64,000 nt of DNA from the NCBI RefSeq assembly GCF_013167455.1, contig NZ_CP038328.1, one strand, 5' to 3'. Under the pieces are notes generated by a model, which worked only from the letters and a program-made list of their open reading frames with translations, had not been told where the DNA came from and did not search any database. The translations under genes and the position numbers were made by a program. This document shows, in pieces, positions 11,025 through 20,430 of the stretch (within the stretch, counting starts at the first letter, position 1; every line of letters starts with the position of its first letter). Source of the DNA: Escherichia coli O157:H7 (GTDB taxonomy: Bacteria; Pseudomonadota; Gammaproteobacteria; Enterobacterales; Enterobacteriaceae).

Positions 11025-13883
11025 TTAACCCTCCGCTCCGGTGATAACAGCAATTACCTGAATGTAGGGTTCTTTTTCAGTCGTCATGGTGTCCTCAATC
11101 CATTCGATATAGCTGTCAAAATTGTGTTCGATTTCGCGTTGTCTCTGCTCTTTACGGCTCTGCTTGACTGACAATTGCTGTTTGTTATCGGCAAAATCCA
11201 GCTCAAGTTGGCTCAACTGCCGCCCACGCAAAACGTCCAGCTTTTGCAGATGCTCATTCAGTTGCTGGTTAATGTGCGTTTCAAACGCATTCCGATCATG
11301 GATGAATACCTCCCGGGCATGAGCAATAGCCGCTTCCAGTAAATCCTGCTGGCGTTGGTGATTACGATCTTTACCGCCGCTGTTAGTCAGCTTGTTACTC
11401 AACTGCGGATGACGTTGTAAAAACTCAGCGAAAGGCTGACTGCCGATTAGCGATTCACGGTTAAAGCTCACCACTATCCACGGGTTCACCATCGGATGTG
11501 ATTTACGGTTCGGGAATAACCCGGAAAGAATGAAGTGATCTTCATCGGGTTCAAGCAGGTATGGCAGCCGGATAACCGGAGCCTGATGACGACCAAAAGC
11601 CGAAGAGATTTTATCGTCCAGCCACTGCACTACCGGGTTGATTTGCCAGAGATACTGCACATCGGGCCAGGCATGTTGCTCACCGCGAGCGCGCGCAATC
11701 GCGTCGGTGATGACGGTTTTATCCTGACTTAAATAGAGCTGCCAGTTCTCCGGGGCAATTTCAGGCGGTAGCTGGTTGAAGCGGCGGCGTAACTCCTCCG
11801 GTGCCACCAGCGACAAGGTATTATCAGGCAAGGTTTCATACTGGATAGTTTGACCACTGGCTTTCAGGTAACCCAATGCTCTTTCGCAGTACGCCTGTTC
11901 GCTGGCAAACAAGCTGGTGTCTGTTTCGGTGACCATTGAGGCATCGCTGGAAACCGCACTGCATATTTCGCCAAACAGATCGTGTTCGGCGCTTTCCGAG
12001 ACGTTGCTGTTCAGCAGTTGATCAAACAGGCTGGCACCATCATCCTGCATCATGAACTCTGCAACCTGCTCTTCTTCCTCTTCCTGGGTAAATTTGCCGG
12101 TAAACTCCGAACTGTCCCCAATGTTCTTCTGCGCCTGTTCGTCTTTGTTGATCAACACTTCCAGTACGCGCATATCGCCATTGATCTGTGGTTCGCTGGC
12201 CTCGGTAAGCAGATAGCGGATTTGGGGCTGATGTTTTTGCCCATAGCGGTCAATACGCCCGTTACGTTGCTGGAATACCATCAACGACCACGGAATATCA
12301 AAGTGAATCATTTTGTGGCTAAGGTGATGCAGGTTGATCCCTTCAGATGCCACATCCGAACAAACCAGAAGACGCAACGGCGACTGCGTTTTACCAAAGG
12401 CTTCTACGGTTTCCATCAATACCGTATCGCCCTGATCGCCGCGCAGCGTGGCGATCTGGTCATCTTTCAATTTCAGATCCGCTCGCAGTTGCTGTTCGAG
12501 GAACTCCAGCGTTTTAATACTTTCGGTGAAGATCACCAGGCGATCTTCCGTGTTATTGGCTTTCCAGGCGAGGTCTTTTCGGATGGTGTCGAGCAGCAAC
12601 TGGTATTTGCTAAACTGGCTGGCATCAATGTTATTCAGCGCCAACAGCAATGACTCCAGTTCGTTGATCTGGCTCTGGCTATTATGATCTTTACGGCTCT
12701 CAAGACGCTTCAGACGATTCGCCACGACGCTGGCACACGCCATCGGGCTGGAAAATAGCGCTTTTTCGAGGGTTATCTTGAACAGACGACCTTTGTTAGA
12801 CTGGGCCTGTTCATCGTCATCATCACGGAACTGGCTCTCAACCAGACGACGGTATGCTTCTTCTTCGGCACCGGATGCCAGGCGAGTCAATTTGACAATA
12901 TTGCGCTCGGGGAACTCGCCGGACATCTGATCTTTCACGTCTTTTTTGAAGCGACGGACAACCAGATTTTTATCGGCAAAATCGGCGTATTCATACTCTT
13001 TCGGGTTGGCGATCGCCGTCGGGTCAAGCATGTTCATCAGGCTGGCAAAACTTTCAGCCTTACCATCATGCGGTGTTGCTGAAAGCATAATCAGCGTATC
13101 GCTGCGCCCGGCGAGCAGTTTTGCCAGTTTACTGCGTAACGAACTGGTTCCACGTTCTGCGACGTTATGGGCCTCATCAATGACAATAATATCCCACCAG
13201 GCATTTTCCAGATGGTGACGATATTCAATGTCTTGTTTCAGCGTATCGATGGAGATAATGGTCTTGTCAAAATAGTGGAACGGGTTGTGGTTGGTTGGGA
13301 TGCGGTTACGCACCTTTTGTAAACCAGCAGAATCCAGGCGGGTCAATGGGATCGCAAAACGGCTCCAGAACTCCTTCTGGAATTGTGTCAGCATCGATTT
13401 AACCGCCAGAACCAGAATACGTTTTCCGCGCCCACGACGGATCAGTTCCGAAACCAGAATACCGGCTTCCAGCGTTTTACCCAGACCAACAGCGTCGGCA
13501 ATGAGTATCCGCTGACGCGGTTGTGCCAGCGCCATCCGCGTAGGATCGAGCTGAAACGGCATGGAATCCATCGCCGCCAGATGACCAAAATGGACTTTAC
13601 TGTCTGTCGGTACGCGTTGGCGTAACTGACTTTCAATATACAACTGTGCCGCTTGATAATTGGCGGATTCATCTTCCACCAAATGCGTTTTTGCGGGATC
13701 CAGGATCTCTACTTTTTGTTCCAGTTTGGTCAGAAATAACCCTTCTTTACCGCGCACAAGCTCTGAAATACCATCGCAGGTCAGCAAATACCCACCATCA
13801 CCACTGTCATCCGCCCGGCGAATACGCCATTCGGCATCACGAATAACCACCCGCATACCAGGTGCATAATTTTGCTTATTCAT
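11025..13883 (-). CDS. SNF2-family helicase (952 aa), candidate DrmD-like
   Basis: Track ORF. Motif I DAVGLGKT, motif II IVIDEAHN (DEAH), motif III LSATP, C-terminal helicase motifs DVASEGINL and QQRNGRIDRYGQ. Confidence 0.8.
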   Translation of the reverse strand: MNKQNYAPGMRVVIRDAEWRIRRADDSGDGGYLLTCDGISELVRGKEGLFLTKLEQKVEILDPAKTHLVEDESANYQAAQLYIESQLRQRVPTDSKVHFGHLAAMDSMPFQLDPTRMALAQPRQRILIADAVGLGKTLEAGILVSELIRRGRGKRILVLAVKSMLTQFQKEFWSRFAIPLTRLDSAGLQKVRNRIPTNHNPFHYFDKTIISIDTLKQDIEYRHHLENAWWDIIVIDEAHNVAERGTSSLRSKLAKLLAGRSDTLIMLSATPHDGKAESFASLMNMLDPTAIANPKEYEYADFADKNLVVRRFKKDVKDQMSGEFPERNIVKLTRLASGAEEEAYRRLVESQFRDDDDEQAQSNKGRLFKITLEKALFSSPMACASVVANRLKRLESRKDHNSQSQINELESLLLALNNIDASQFSKYQLLLDTIRKDLAWKANNTEDRLVIFTESIKTLEFLEQQLRADLKLKDDQIATLRGDQGDTVLMETVEAFGKTQSPLRLLVCSDVASEGINLHHLSHKMIHFDIPWSLMVFQQRNGRIDRYGQKHQPQIRYLLTEASEPQINGDMRVLEVLINKDEQAQKNIGDSSEFTGKFTQEEEEEQVAEFMMQDDGASLFDQLLNSNVSESAEHDLFGEICSAVSSDASMVTETDTSLFASEQAYCERALGYLKASGQTIQYETLPDNTLSLVAPEELRRRFNQLPPEIAPENWQLYLSQDKTVITDAIARARGEQHAWPDVQYLWQINPVVQWLDDKISSAFGRHQAPVIRLPYLLEPDEDHFILSGLFPNRKSHPMVNPWIVVSFNRESLIGSQPFAEFLQRHPQLSNKLTNSGGKDRNHQRQQDLLEAAIAHAREVFIHDRNAFETHINQQLNEHLQKLDVLRGRQLSQLELDFADNKQQLSVKQSRKEQRQREIEHNFDSYIEWIEDTMTTEKEPYIQVIAVITGAEG

Positions 13884-13951
13884 CGGTTTTTCTGTCTATT
13901 TGGGGCAGTGGCGGTAACGTCATCCTGAAAAATGTGGCGCGGCACACTGCG

Positions 13952-13987
13952 ATAAAAAAGAGGGCCTTAAAGATATCATGAAGGCCC
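13952..13987 (-). terminator. Rho-independent terminator downstream of the DruE-like gene
   Basis: On the minus strand: GGGCCTT stem, 12-nt loop, AAGGCCC, followed by CTTTTTT (plus-strand A-run 13954-13959). Confidence 0.5.
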
Positions 13988-14106
13988 CCGGCAAAGTGAC
14001 AAAATGGGAGGGAATGCGCATAAATTGCGCATGATTTTCAAACAAAAATTATTAAAAAGTGAGCTGGGTCAACTCCCCTGGAAGATATCCCCAGGGGAGC
14101 AATTAT

Positions 14107-17100
14107 TTATCCAGCGATAATATAACTCCTAAGGTCATTACCCGGGGCAACAGCTCGCGCTCGCGTGTTTGCCAGCCGTTCAACTTGCTGCGGTACTCGC
14201 AGGGCAAAATCAAAGAAGGTATCTTCAATACAGCGCCAGTAGCTAAGCCCCATGTCGAGCAGGACATAATGCTGACTGCCATCGCTGAAGGTGACTGTCA
14301 GTTCTCGTCCATGCTCCGTACTCTGGTTATCCCCCGTTAACCAGCTAATTGCTCCCGGCCACGCAGGCCCCAGATATCCTTCTTCAAGTAAAGTGGTCAC
14401 AACCTGCTGACGATCTTCCTCATTAAGCCACGCGTTATAGAGAGCGTCGTGTTGGCGAGAGTTGTAATCCAATTTTTTGACGCAAACAGTGAGGCTGGCG
14501 CGTTCCGCCATTCCCTGTTCAACCAGCTCGGTTAAGATTTCACCTAACAAACGCGCCGTGAATGGGCTATTAAGATAACGATCGCTGTACTCAACATGCG
14601 TTATCTCTTTGTGGCGGGTAAATGCCTGCTTCCAGCCAGCGTGCTGTTGCGTGACTAACGACCAGAAACGCGAACCAAAACCTTCCAGCGGCCCGTCCAG
14701 TTGTTCACAGAGATTGATGCGCACCGCCCCGGTGGGTAAGGCGGGCAGTAAATCTTCTGCACTTAAGGTCTGACCCGAGAAGGTTTTTCCGGACGTTCCT
14801 TTAAGTGTCACTACTGGTGAAGACGCACTTTGTCCCCATAATTCACCAGGTGCAACGGTAGCGCTGTCGTCTGCGGCCCACTGTTGGCTTTGCCCTTCGC
14901 GAGTCACCTGCGCAAGCCAGCGCCCCTTTCCTTGCATGAGCTGCGCAGTGGCAATGGATTTCACTTGTAAGCGACCTCCCGGCATCGCCGCCAACGCGGA
15001 AAGCTGATGTCTGGAGCTATCAGTTAAGTTTGCCAGCGGCGTGGCCACCAGCAACTCAACATTCCCACCGGAGGAGGCAAACTGGAGCAACTCTTTAAAT
15101 AATGGCCATTGGGCAAAGTCCCACTGTTCCTGCGGCCCCGCAAGAACCAGCGAGCAGGAGTCATAAATCTCGCTGTTCAGGCATTGCGCAATACGTAAAC
15201 TCAGAGGGTTAGTTTCAACCCGGCTACCATCGCCGAAGTACTGATATTCTGGCGCGAGGTTAAGTCGCTGCAACCGTACATTGGTAAGCAGGGTTAATGC
15301 ATGGTGACGATCTAATCTGTTGACATAATGCTGACTGTCGTAGCTGAGCAAGCAGTGGTGACAGAATTTATCGCAACTGCAATCGAGCAATTTTCTGGCG
15401 TAATTAAAGACATCAGCCCAATGGTCGATCAATTGCACTGCATAACCTGCACCACCCGCATTATTGTCGTAAATGAAGATGGAATATCCGGTATAGCCAT
15501 TGATATCGCGCGCTTGCTGCGTCGTCACGCCCAGCTCAGTATTTTCGATACCCAATTTATGCGCTAACCCTTCACGCAAAGCGACCGCAAGGGAACGCGC
15601 GGCAACCTCATCACGGATCAACAGGCCATTATCATCATTGAGTTGCAGCTCAACCATATCTGTACGACTGCTATATCCCAACCACAGATCTTTATGCACA
15701 TGACCGTGGCACAATTTATTGCTCCCCTGACGATCGTTACTGCCCCCTCGCAACAGGTAATGCGTATTTTCCCTCTCTGGGTTCTTTAGATTTTCAGGGG
15801 TACGCTGGGGTTGAGTTTGAGATTCTGCCCGACCACATGAGAGGCAAATTGCGTAGCCGTGCCCAAATTCCCCTTCACTGAAGTGGAACAATTCCCCACT
15901 ATGGCTAAAACGGTAACGTCCTAGCCCAGCATCGGGTAAAGAAACCCACACCGAAGACGGTACAAGAACACGTGGATCTTTCCAGGGAAGTTGTGCAGGC
16001 ATGGATACATCATTATGTGCCTGATAACGAATATCTGTCGCAAAACCAACAGGCTGTAAATAACGCTTCACATCAAGTTGCTGTATATCCGCTTTGCAGT
16101 GACTACATTCGACAGGATGGGTAGTACTGGTTGCCCCCGCACCACATTTACGGCAATGCCAGAACCACGGAATATGATGATCGCCTGACAGCTCCTGCCC
16201 GCTGGCAAGCACCTTGCCAAGCATAATGCCCGAGGAACGATATACTTTTCCGCCCAATACCACATCTGCACCAGGCGCATACTCGCGTAATGCTGTAGGC
16301 AAATCACGGCTGGGCAATTTTTCAATACGACGAGAAAAGCTTTCTCCCCCTTCATTAGGGTCAGCCTGAGTGGCTTTTATTGCGCGACGTTTTTCCAGCT
16401 CATCTGCCGTCAGATAATTGAAATTGACTACGCCAACCGGGAAACCATGCCCCGGCAGGAACGCTTCACTAATGAGTTTAGAAAACAGATATGCACCGCG
16501 ATAATCACGAAGCTGATAAGCGATGGCTTTACCTGCTGGTGTTTCTTCCCACGCGCTGTTATCCGCCTTCAACGCTTCGATATTTTCCAACAGTATCGCA
16601 AGTTGGCTTCTCCAGCGGATATCAACCTGCTGCATCATTGCTTGTGTGCGGGTCAAGAGCTGGGTTGCCGTCAATGACATCAGTACGGTTCCCTGAGTAA
16701 GGCGTTTAAGTTTATCCGCCAGCTGATCGGCCTGGTGATTTAACCAATGGAGAAAACGAAGACACTGGCTCTCATCACCTTCAAAGAACCATTTGCAACT
16801 CAGTTTTGTCGCATCAGGAACTTCAGCTCGTAAAAACAGACCTAAAACCAGGGCATTAACATGTCGTTGAACAATACTACTGCTCCCAAAACGAACCCGT
16901 GGCGCACTGGCAGTAGTGTTGAACGCCCAGAGGGGGTCTTTGAATACCTCCATTCCATGCGCCGTGTTTTTACATAACGTAATGGCAGCAGATGCACTCT
17001 CTCCACGACGCCCCGCGCGACCTGCACGTTGCAAATAATTTGCCGGCGCTGGAGGAACGTTGTTCATTGCCACCAAACTCATACCACCAATATCCACCCC

Positions 17101-20100
17101 CATCTCCATGGTCGTGGAACAGTTCAGCACATTAACTTTGCCTGACTTAAATTGTTTTTCATTAAACTGGTTCTGCTCAGGCGTTCTCTGCGCAGAGTGT
17201 TCCTCCAGACGATACCAGCTATCTTTCAGGGCCAGTCGGTCGCTGCGAGTAGACCATAATCCTTCCTCGCGGGCATGTTGAATCAGCGCATTACTTTCCA
17301 GCCACTCCAGACGTTCTTCTCGGGCGATTTCTCCACCACCAGACAAACGCCAGTGACGTACAGGAAGCTCAGGCATTTCAATCAACACTGCTTTTTCAGG
17401 TGCAATTTCTTTGCTACCCGGCAAATACGGAGAGTATCCCAGCAACGTGACGTCTAACGCACGTCGAGTATAGGGGCAACGCCACACTTGCTTTGGACTG
17501 TAAAATTCAGCTTGTTGTTTAATATCCAGCTGATAACCCGACTCAAACTGACGTAAGCAGGGTCGAATTGCATCCCAGACCTCAATCATTAAGTGGTTAA
17601 CTAACGATTTCCAGTGAGCCTGCTCAGGTTGTATTGCCGGAAAGACTGCGATTAATAGCTTAATGACCCGGTTATAATGGCGATCGCGTATTTGTGGCCA
17701 AAGTTGATCACGTTTCTGCCCTTTGTTTTTTTTATCTGGCCCCTGGAGCATTTTTACCGGGAAACGTGCCCCCATCCAGCGAGGGTATTGCTCGTTTTCG
17801 TAAAAAACGGCACTGTTTTCACGGATAAAGAAATCAAGAGTAATCTTCAATAAATTACGCCATTCCGCTAATTGCTTATCGGGATCGGGTAATAATGTCT
17901 TCCAGTCCTGCGGGCAGGTTGTAACTTTATCAATGAATGGATAGTGAATGGCTACCAGACCCAGACTTTCGAGGGTCCAGGCATTTTTAGGGCGGCGACC
18001 AAACTCGCTGTATAAACAAAAATCTGCAAACTGTTGTTTAGTAAGATCAAGCCCAGACAATTCTTTAAAACTGCCTCTCATTCTATCGGCAAGGTCCACA
18101 CTGCCAACCAGCTGTTCAGACAGCGTTTGCCATGACATGGTTTTCTTCTGCTGATTGCCAGAGTTAGCCTGAAGTATTTGCATCGCTTCAGCATGCTCCG
18201 TGCTTAAGGAACTCACCATCGGCTCAATAATTTTAAGTGCCTGAATGTCCGTCGGGCTAAGCTCCTCATTCGCAGCCATCGCTTTTTTCAGCGCGTCGAT
18301 GGAATTTTTTAAAGGGAGGACAGAAAACTGGCTAATAACTTTCTCTAACAGTGCACAGTGTGCCGGGCTGAGTTTTGCTGAAGGCTCTGTAATATTTGCC
18401 AGCTCCTGGTAACAAAGAGCTCGCAACGTCGCTTTATCGGCATCCTGCTGTAAGCGGGCTGAAATGCGAGCGGTACCCTGACGCGAATCCGTAAAGGTGA
18501 GCAAGCGTCGACCATTAAACGGTCCTAACTGCTCTTCTCTTGTTTGCGGTAATGGAGAAAACTCCAGCAGAGTAGGAATAATTTCATTTAAAAAAAAGGG
18601 CGCGCCGAGCCGAAGCGGACGGAATAAAGGATTATTTTTCCGTTGAGTGTCACCACAGCAAACACAAGCAAAGGAGTTATTGCGTCCCTCACCTCGAGAT
18701 TCCGGTCTTAACAGGTTTATTTCATAGTGCTTTTGCGCTTCACTATCAATTTTCCCCGCCGTCGTTTCTTCCAGTGAAATGATATATTTTTCACCATCGC
18801 TCGCAATCAGACGATCAAATTGAGAGTTATTGTCTAATTCGTCGTTGTCTTCATCTTCAGAATAAACATCTACATCAAGAGCAAACTCATCCACTTCGGC
18901 AGCGGCTGGTTGCGCTACCAACCAGTTCGTTCCATCACCGCGCATCTCCTCTTTGGCAGACAAATAAGCTGAACCACACCCGGAGCAACGTAAAACTTCA
19001 AATACCGGCGCTCCACAGTCACAATATTGGCGCTGCTCAAACCATACCTGACCAAATGGCCAGTCACTCTGATTTAATTCATGTGCTTTATGTGAGCATT
19101 GTTTGTTTGAACATGCCCATAGACCCGCCAGTGTTCTGATAAACCCATGCATACGTAATGGCGTAAAAGCCAGTTCACCTTCTCGCGATCTTGCCATTAG
19201 ATCGAGGAGTTGCAGTAGCTCACGGTGATTAATATCTGGCCAGGTTCTTCTGGCAACATTGAGCAACTCACTCAAACGTACTGCCTGCCGTCCGGGATGA
19301 GTTAACGCCTGACGCAATTGCTGGGCCACACGGTAATGACAAAGCTGTTGGTAAAGATCCTGAGGGCTCAGGGATTTAAGAGAAGTTAAAGATGTGGGGT
19401 ATTCATGACGAATCAGCGACTCCGATACCCGCGGTATTTGTCGATAACCGCGAACCACTTTGACATCACGTTCTGTAACGCCCGCGAGATCAGCGACAAA
19501 TTTAGCAAGCTCCTTATTACCTTCAGGAGAGTCTTCACCAATAGTGGCAGAGGTCGCGATAATCTGCACAGGTTTATCTGTGCCGGGTCCAACATTGAAA
19601 GCCTGCATAACACGACGTAAAAGCAGCGCTAACTCAGCAGCCTGAGAACCAATATAACTATGGGCTTCATCCAGGACGATATACTTTAACATCCCCTGAG
19701 ACTTTTCGATGATTGGGGCATCTTTACGACGAATCAGCATATATTCCAGCATGGTGGTATTCGTCACCATGATGGAAGGTGGTGCTTCATAAATGGCTTC
19801 CCGACTCAAAGCTTGTTCAGGTACTTTCAACTGATCTTCCTGAATTTCGTATTTGGTATGCCGGGTTTCGCCATTATATAGCGCGAAGCGTATTTTCCCC
19901 TTAAATCCGCGCGTCCATTCGCGAAGCCGCTCCTGTTGGCTGTTAATTAATGCATTTAACGGATACAAGAAAATAGCTTGTGTCCCTGTTAGTGACTGGC
20001 GGGTCGATTTTTGCTGACGAATAAGATCTTCCAGAACCGGTACCATAAAGCATTCTGTTTTCCCGGATCCCGTACCGCTGCTCACTAACAAGGATTTTTT

Positions 20101-20430
20101 GTCTTCCAGAATCGTTCGCCACGCAGTAAGTTGATGACGAAATGGCACTGGCGCTTTGCTCAATGCATCAACCAGCGGGCTGGAGATCAGCTTGTCCCGC
20201 AAATCCTCCATTGTTTCATCCGCAGGCATCCAGCCGAATGTACTTTCGAATACCGGGTCTGCAAGCAGTGACCCCTCCTGACCGGGAGGCTGAAAATATT
20301 GTGATTCCAGATAATGAGTCAACGACTTGCTCCGCAATGCCAACTGACTTACCACCGACCTCACCGCACGCTGATGAAGCTGATTTAGAAGTGGCGCATA
20401 ATGCAGTTGCTGAACGTCCATCAATGACAT
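14107..20430 (-). CDS. druE: DruE-like giant DExH helicase with Zn-finger/DUF1998-like region (2107 aa)
   Basis: Track ORF. Walker A LLVSSGTGSGKTECFM, DEAH box IVLDEAHSY, multiple CxxC pairs, C-terminal Cys cluster LDCSCDKFCHHC. ATG overlaps the end of the upstream 1119-aa gene (10-nt overlap, with a second in-frame ATG in a TGATG arrangement). Confidence 0.75.
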   Translation of the reverse strand: MSLMDVQQLHYAPLLNQLHQRAVRSVVSQLALRSKSLTHYLESQYFQPPGQEGSLLADPVFESTFGWMPADETMEDLRDKLISSPLVDALSKAPVPFRHQLTAWRTILEDKKSLLVSSGTGSGKTECFMVPVLEDLIRQQKSTRQSLTGTQAIFLYPLNALINSQQERLREWTRGFKGKIRFALYNGETRHTKYEIQEDQLKVPEQALSREAIYEAPPSIMVTNTTMLEYMLIRRKDAPIIEKSQGMLKYIVLDEAHSYIGSQAAELALLLRRVMQAFNVGPGTDKPVQIIATSATIGEDSPEGNKELAKFVADLAGVTERDVKVVRGYRQIPRVSESLIRHEYPTSLTSLKSLSPQDLYQQLCHYRVAQQLRQALTHPGRQAVRLSELLNVARRTWPDINHRELLQLLDLMARSREGELAFTPLRMHGFIRTLAGLWACSNKQCSHKAHELNQSDWPFGQVWFEQRQYCDCGAPVFEVLRCSGCGSAYLSAKEEMRGDGTNWLVAQPAAAEVDEFALDVDVYSEDEDNDELDNNSQFDRLIASDGEKYIISLEETTAGKIDSEAQKHYEINLLRPESRGEGRNNSFACVCCGDTQRKNNPLFRPLRLGAPFFLNEIIPTLLEFSPLPQTREEQLGPFNGRRLLTFTDSRQGTARISARLQQDADKATLRALCYQELANITEPSAKLSPAHCALLEKVISQFSVLPLKNSIDALKKAMAANEELSPTDIQALKIIEPMVSSLSTEHAEAMQILQANSGNQQKKTMSWQTLSEQLVGSVDLADRMRGSFKELSGLDLTKQQFADFCLYSEFGRRPKNAWTLESLGLVAIHYPFIDKVTTCPQDWKTLLPDPDKQLAEWRNLLKITLDFFIRENSAVFYENEQYPRWMGARFPVKMLQGPDKKNKGQKRDQLWPQIRDRHYNRVIKLLIAVFPAIQPEQAHWKSLVNHLMIEVWDAIRPCLRQFESGYQLDIKQQAEFYSPKQVWRCPYTRRALDVTLLGYSPYLPGSKEIAPEKAVLIEMPELPVRHWRLSGGGEIAREERLEWLESNALIQHAREEGLWSTRSDRLALKDSWYRLEEHSAQRTPEQNQFNEKQFKSGKVNVLNCSTTMEMGVDIGGMSLVAMNNVPPAPANYLQRAGRAGRRGESASAAITLCKNTAHGMEVFKDPLWAFNTTASAPRVRFGSSSIVQRHVNALVLGLFLRAEVPDATKLSCKWFFEGDESQCLRFLHWLNHQADQLADKLKRLTQGTVLMSLTATQLLTRTQAMMQQVDIRWRSQLAILLENIEALKADNSAWEETPAGKAIAYQLRDYRGAYLFSKLISEAFLPGHGFPVGVVNFNYLTADELEKRRAIKATQADPNEGGESFSRRIEKLPSRDLPTALREYAPGADVVLGGKVYRSSGIMLGKVLASGQELSGDHHIPWFWHCRKCGAGATSTTHPVECSHCKADIQQLDVKRYLQPVGFATDIRYQAHNDVSMPAQLPWKDPRVLVPSSVWVSLPDAGLGRYRFSHSGELFHFSEGEFGHGYAICLSCGRAESQTQPQRTPENLKNPERENTHYLLRGGSNDRQGSNKLCHGHVHKDLWLGYSSRTDMVELQLNDDNGLLIRDEVAARSLAVALREGLAHKLGIENTELGVTTQQARDINGYTGYSIFIYDNNAGGAGYAVQLIDHWADVFNYARKLLDCSCDKFCHHCLLSYDSQHYVNRLDRHHALTLLTNVRLQRLNLAPEYQYFGDGSRVETNPLSLRIAQCLNSEIYDSCSLVLAGPQEQWDFAQWPLFKELLQFASSGGNVELLVATPLANLTDSSRHQLSALAAMPGGRLQVKSIATAQLMQGKGRWLAQVTREGQSQQWAADDSATVAPGELWGQSASSPVVTLKGTSGKTFSGQTLSAEDLLPALPTGAVRINLCEQLDGPLEGFGSRFWSLVTQQHAGWKQAFTRHKEITHVEYSDRYLNSPFTARLLGEILTELVEQGMAERASLTVCVKKLDYNSRQHDALYNAWLNEEDRQQVVTTLLEEGYLGPAWPGAISWLTGDNQSTEHGRELTVTFSDGSQHYVLLDMGLSYWRCIEDTFFDFALRVPQQVERLANTRARAVAPGNDLRSYIIAG

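Noticed and set aside
9691-12653. Plus-strand ORFs of 198, 128 and 223 aa inside the methyltransferase and SNF2 genes
   Set aside because: Antisense to long motif-bearing genes; no ribosome-binding sites and no recognisable motifs.
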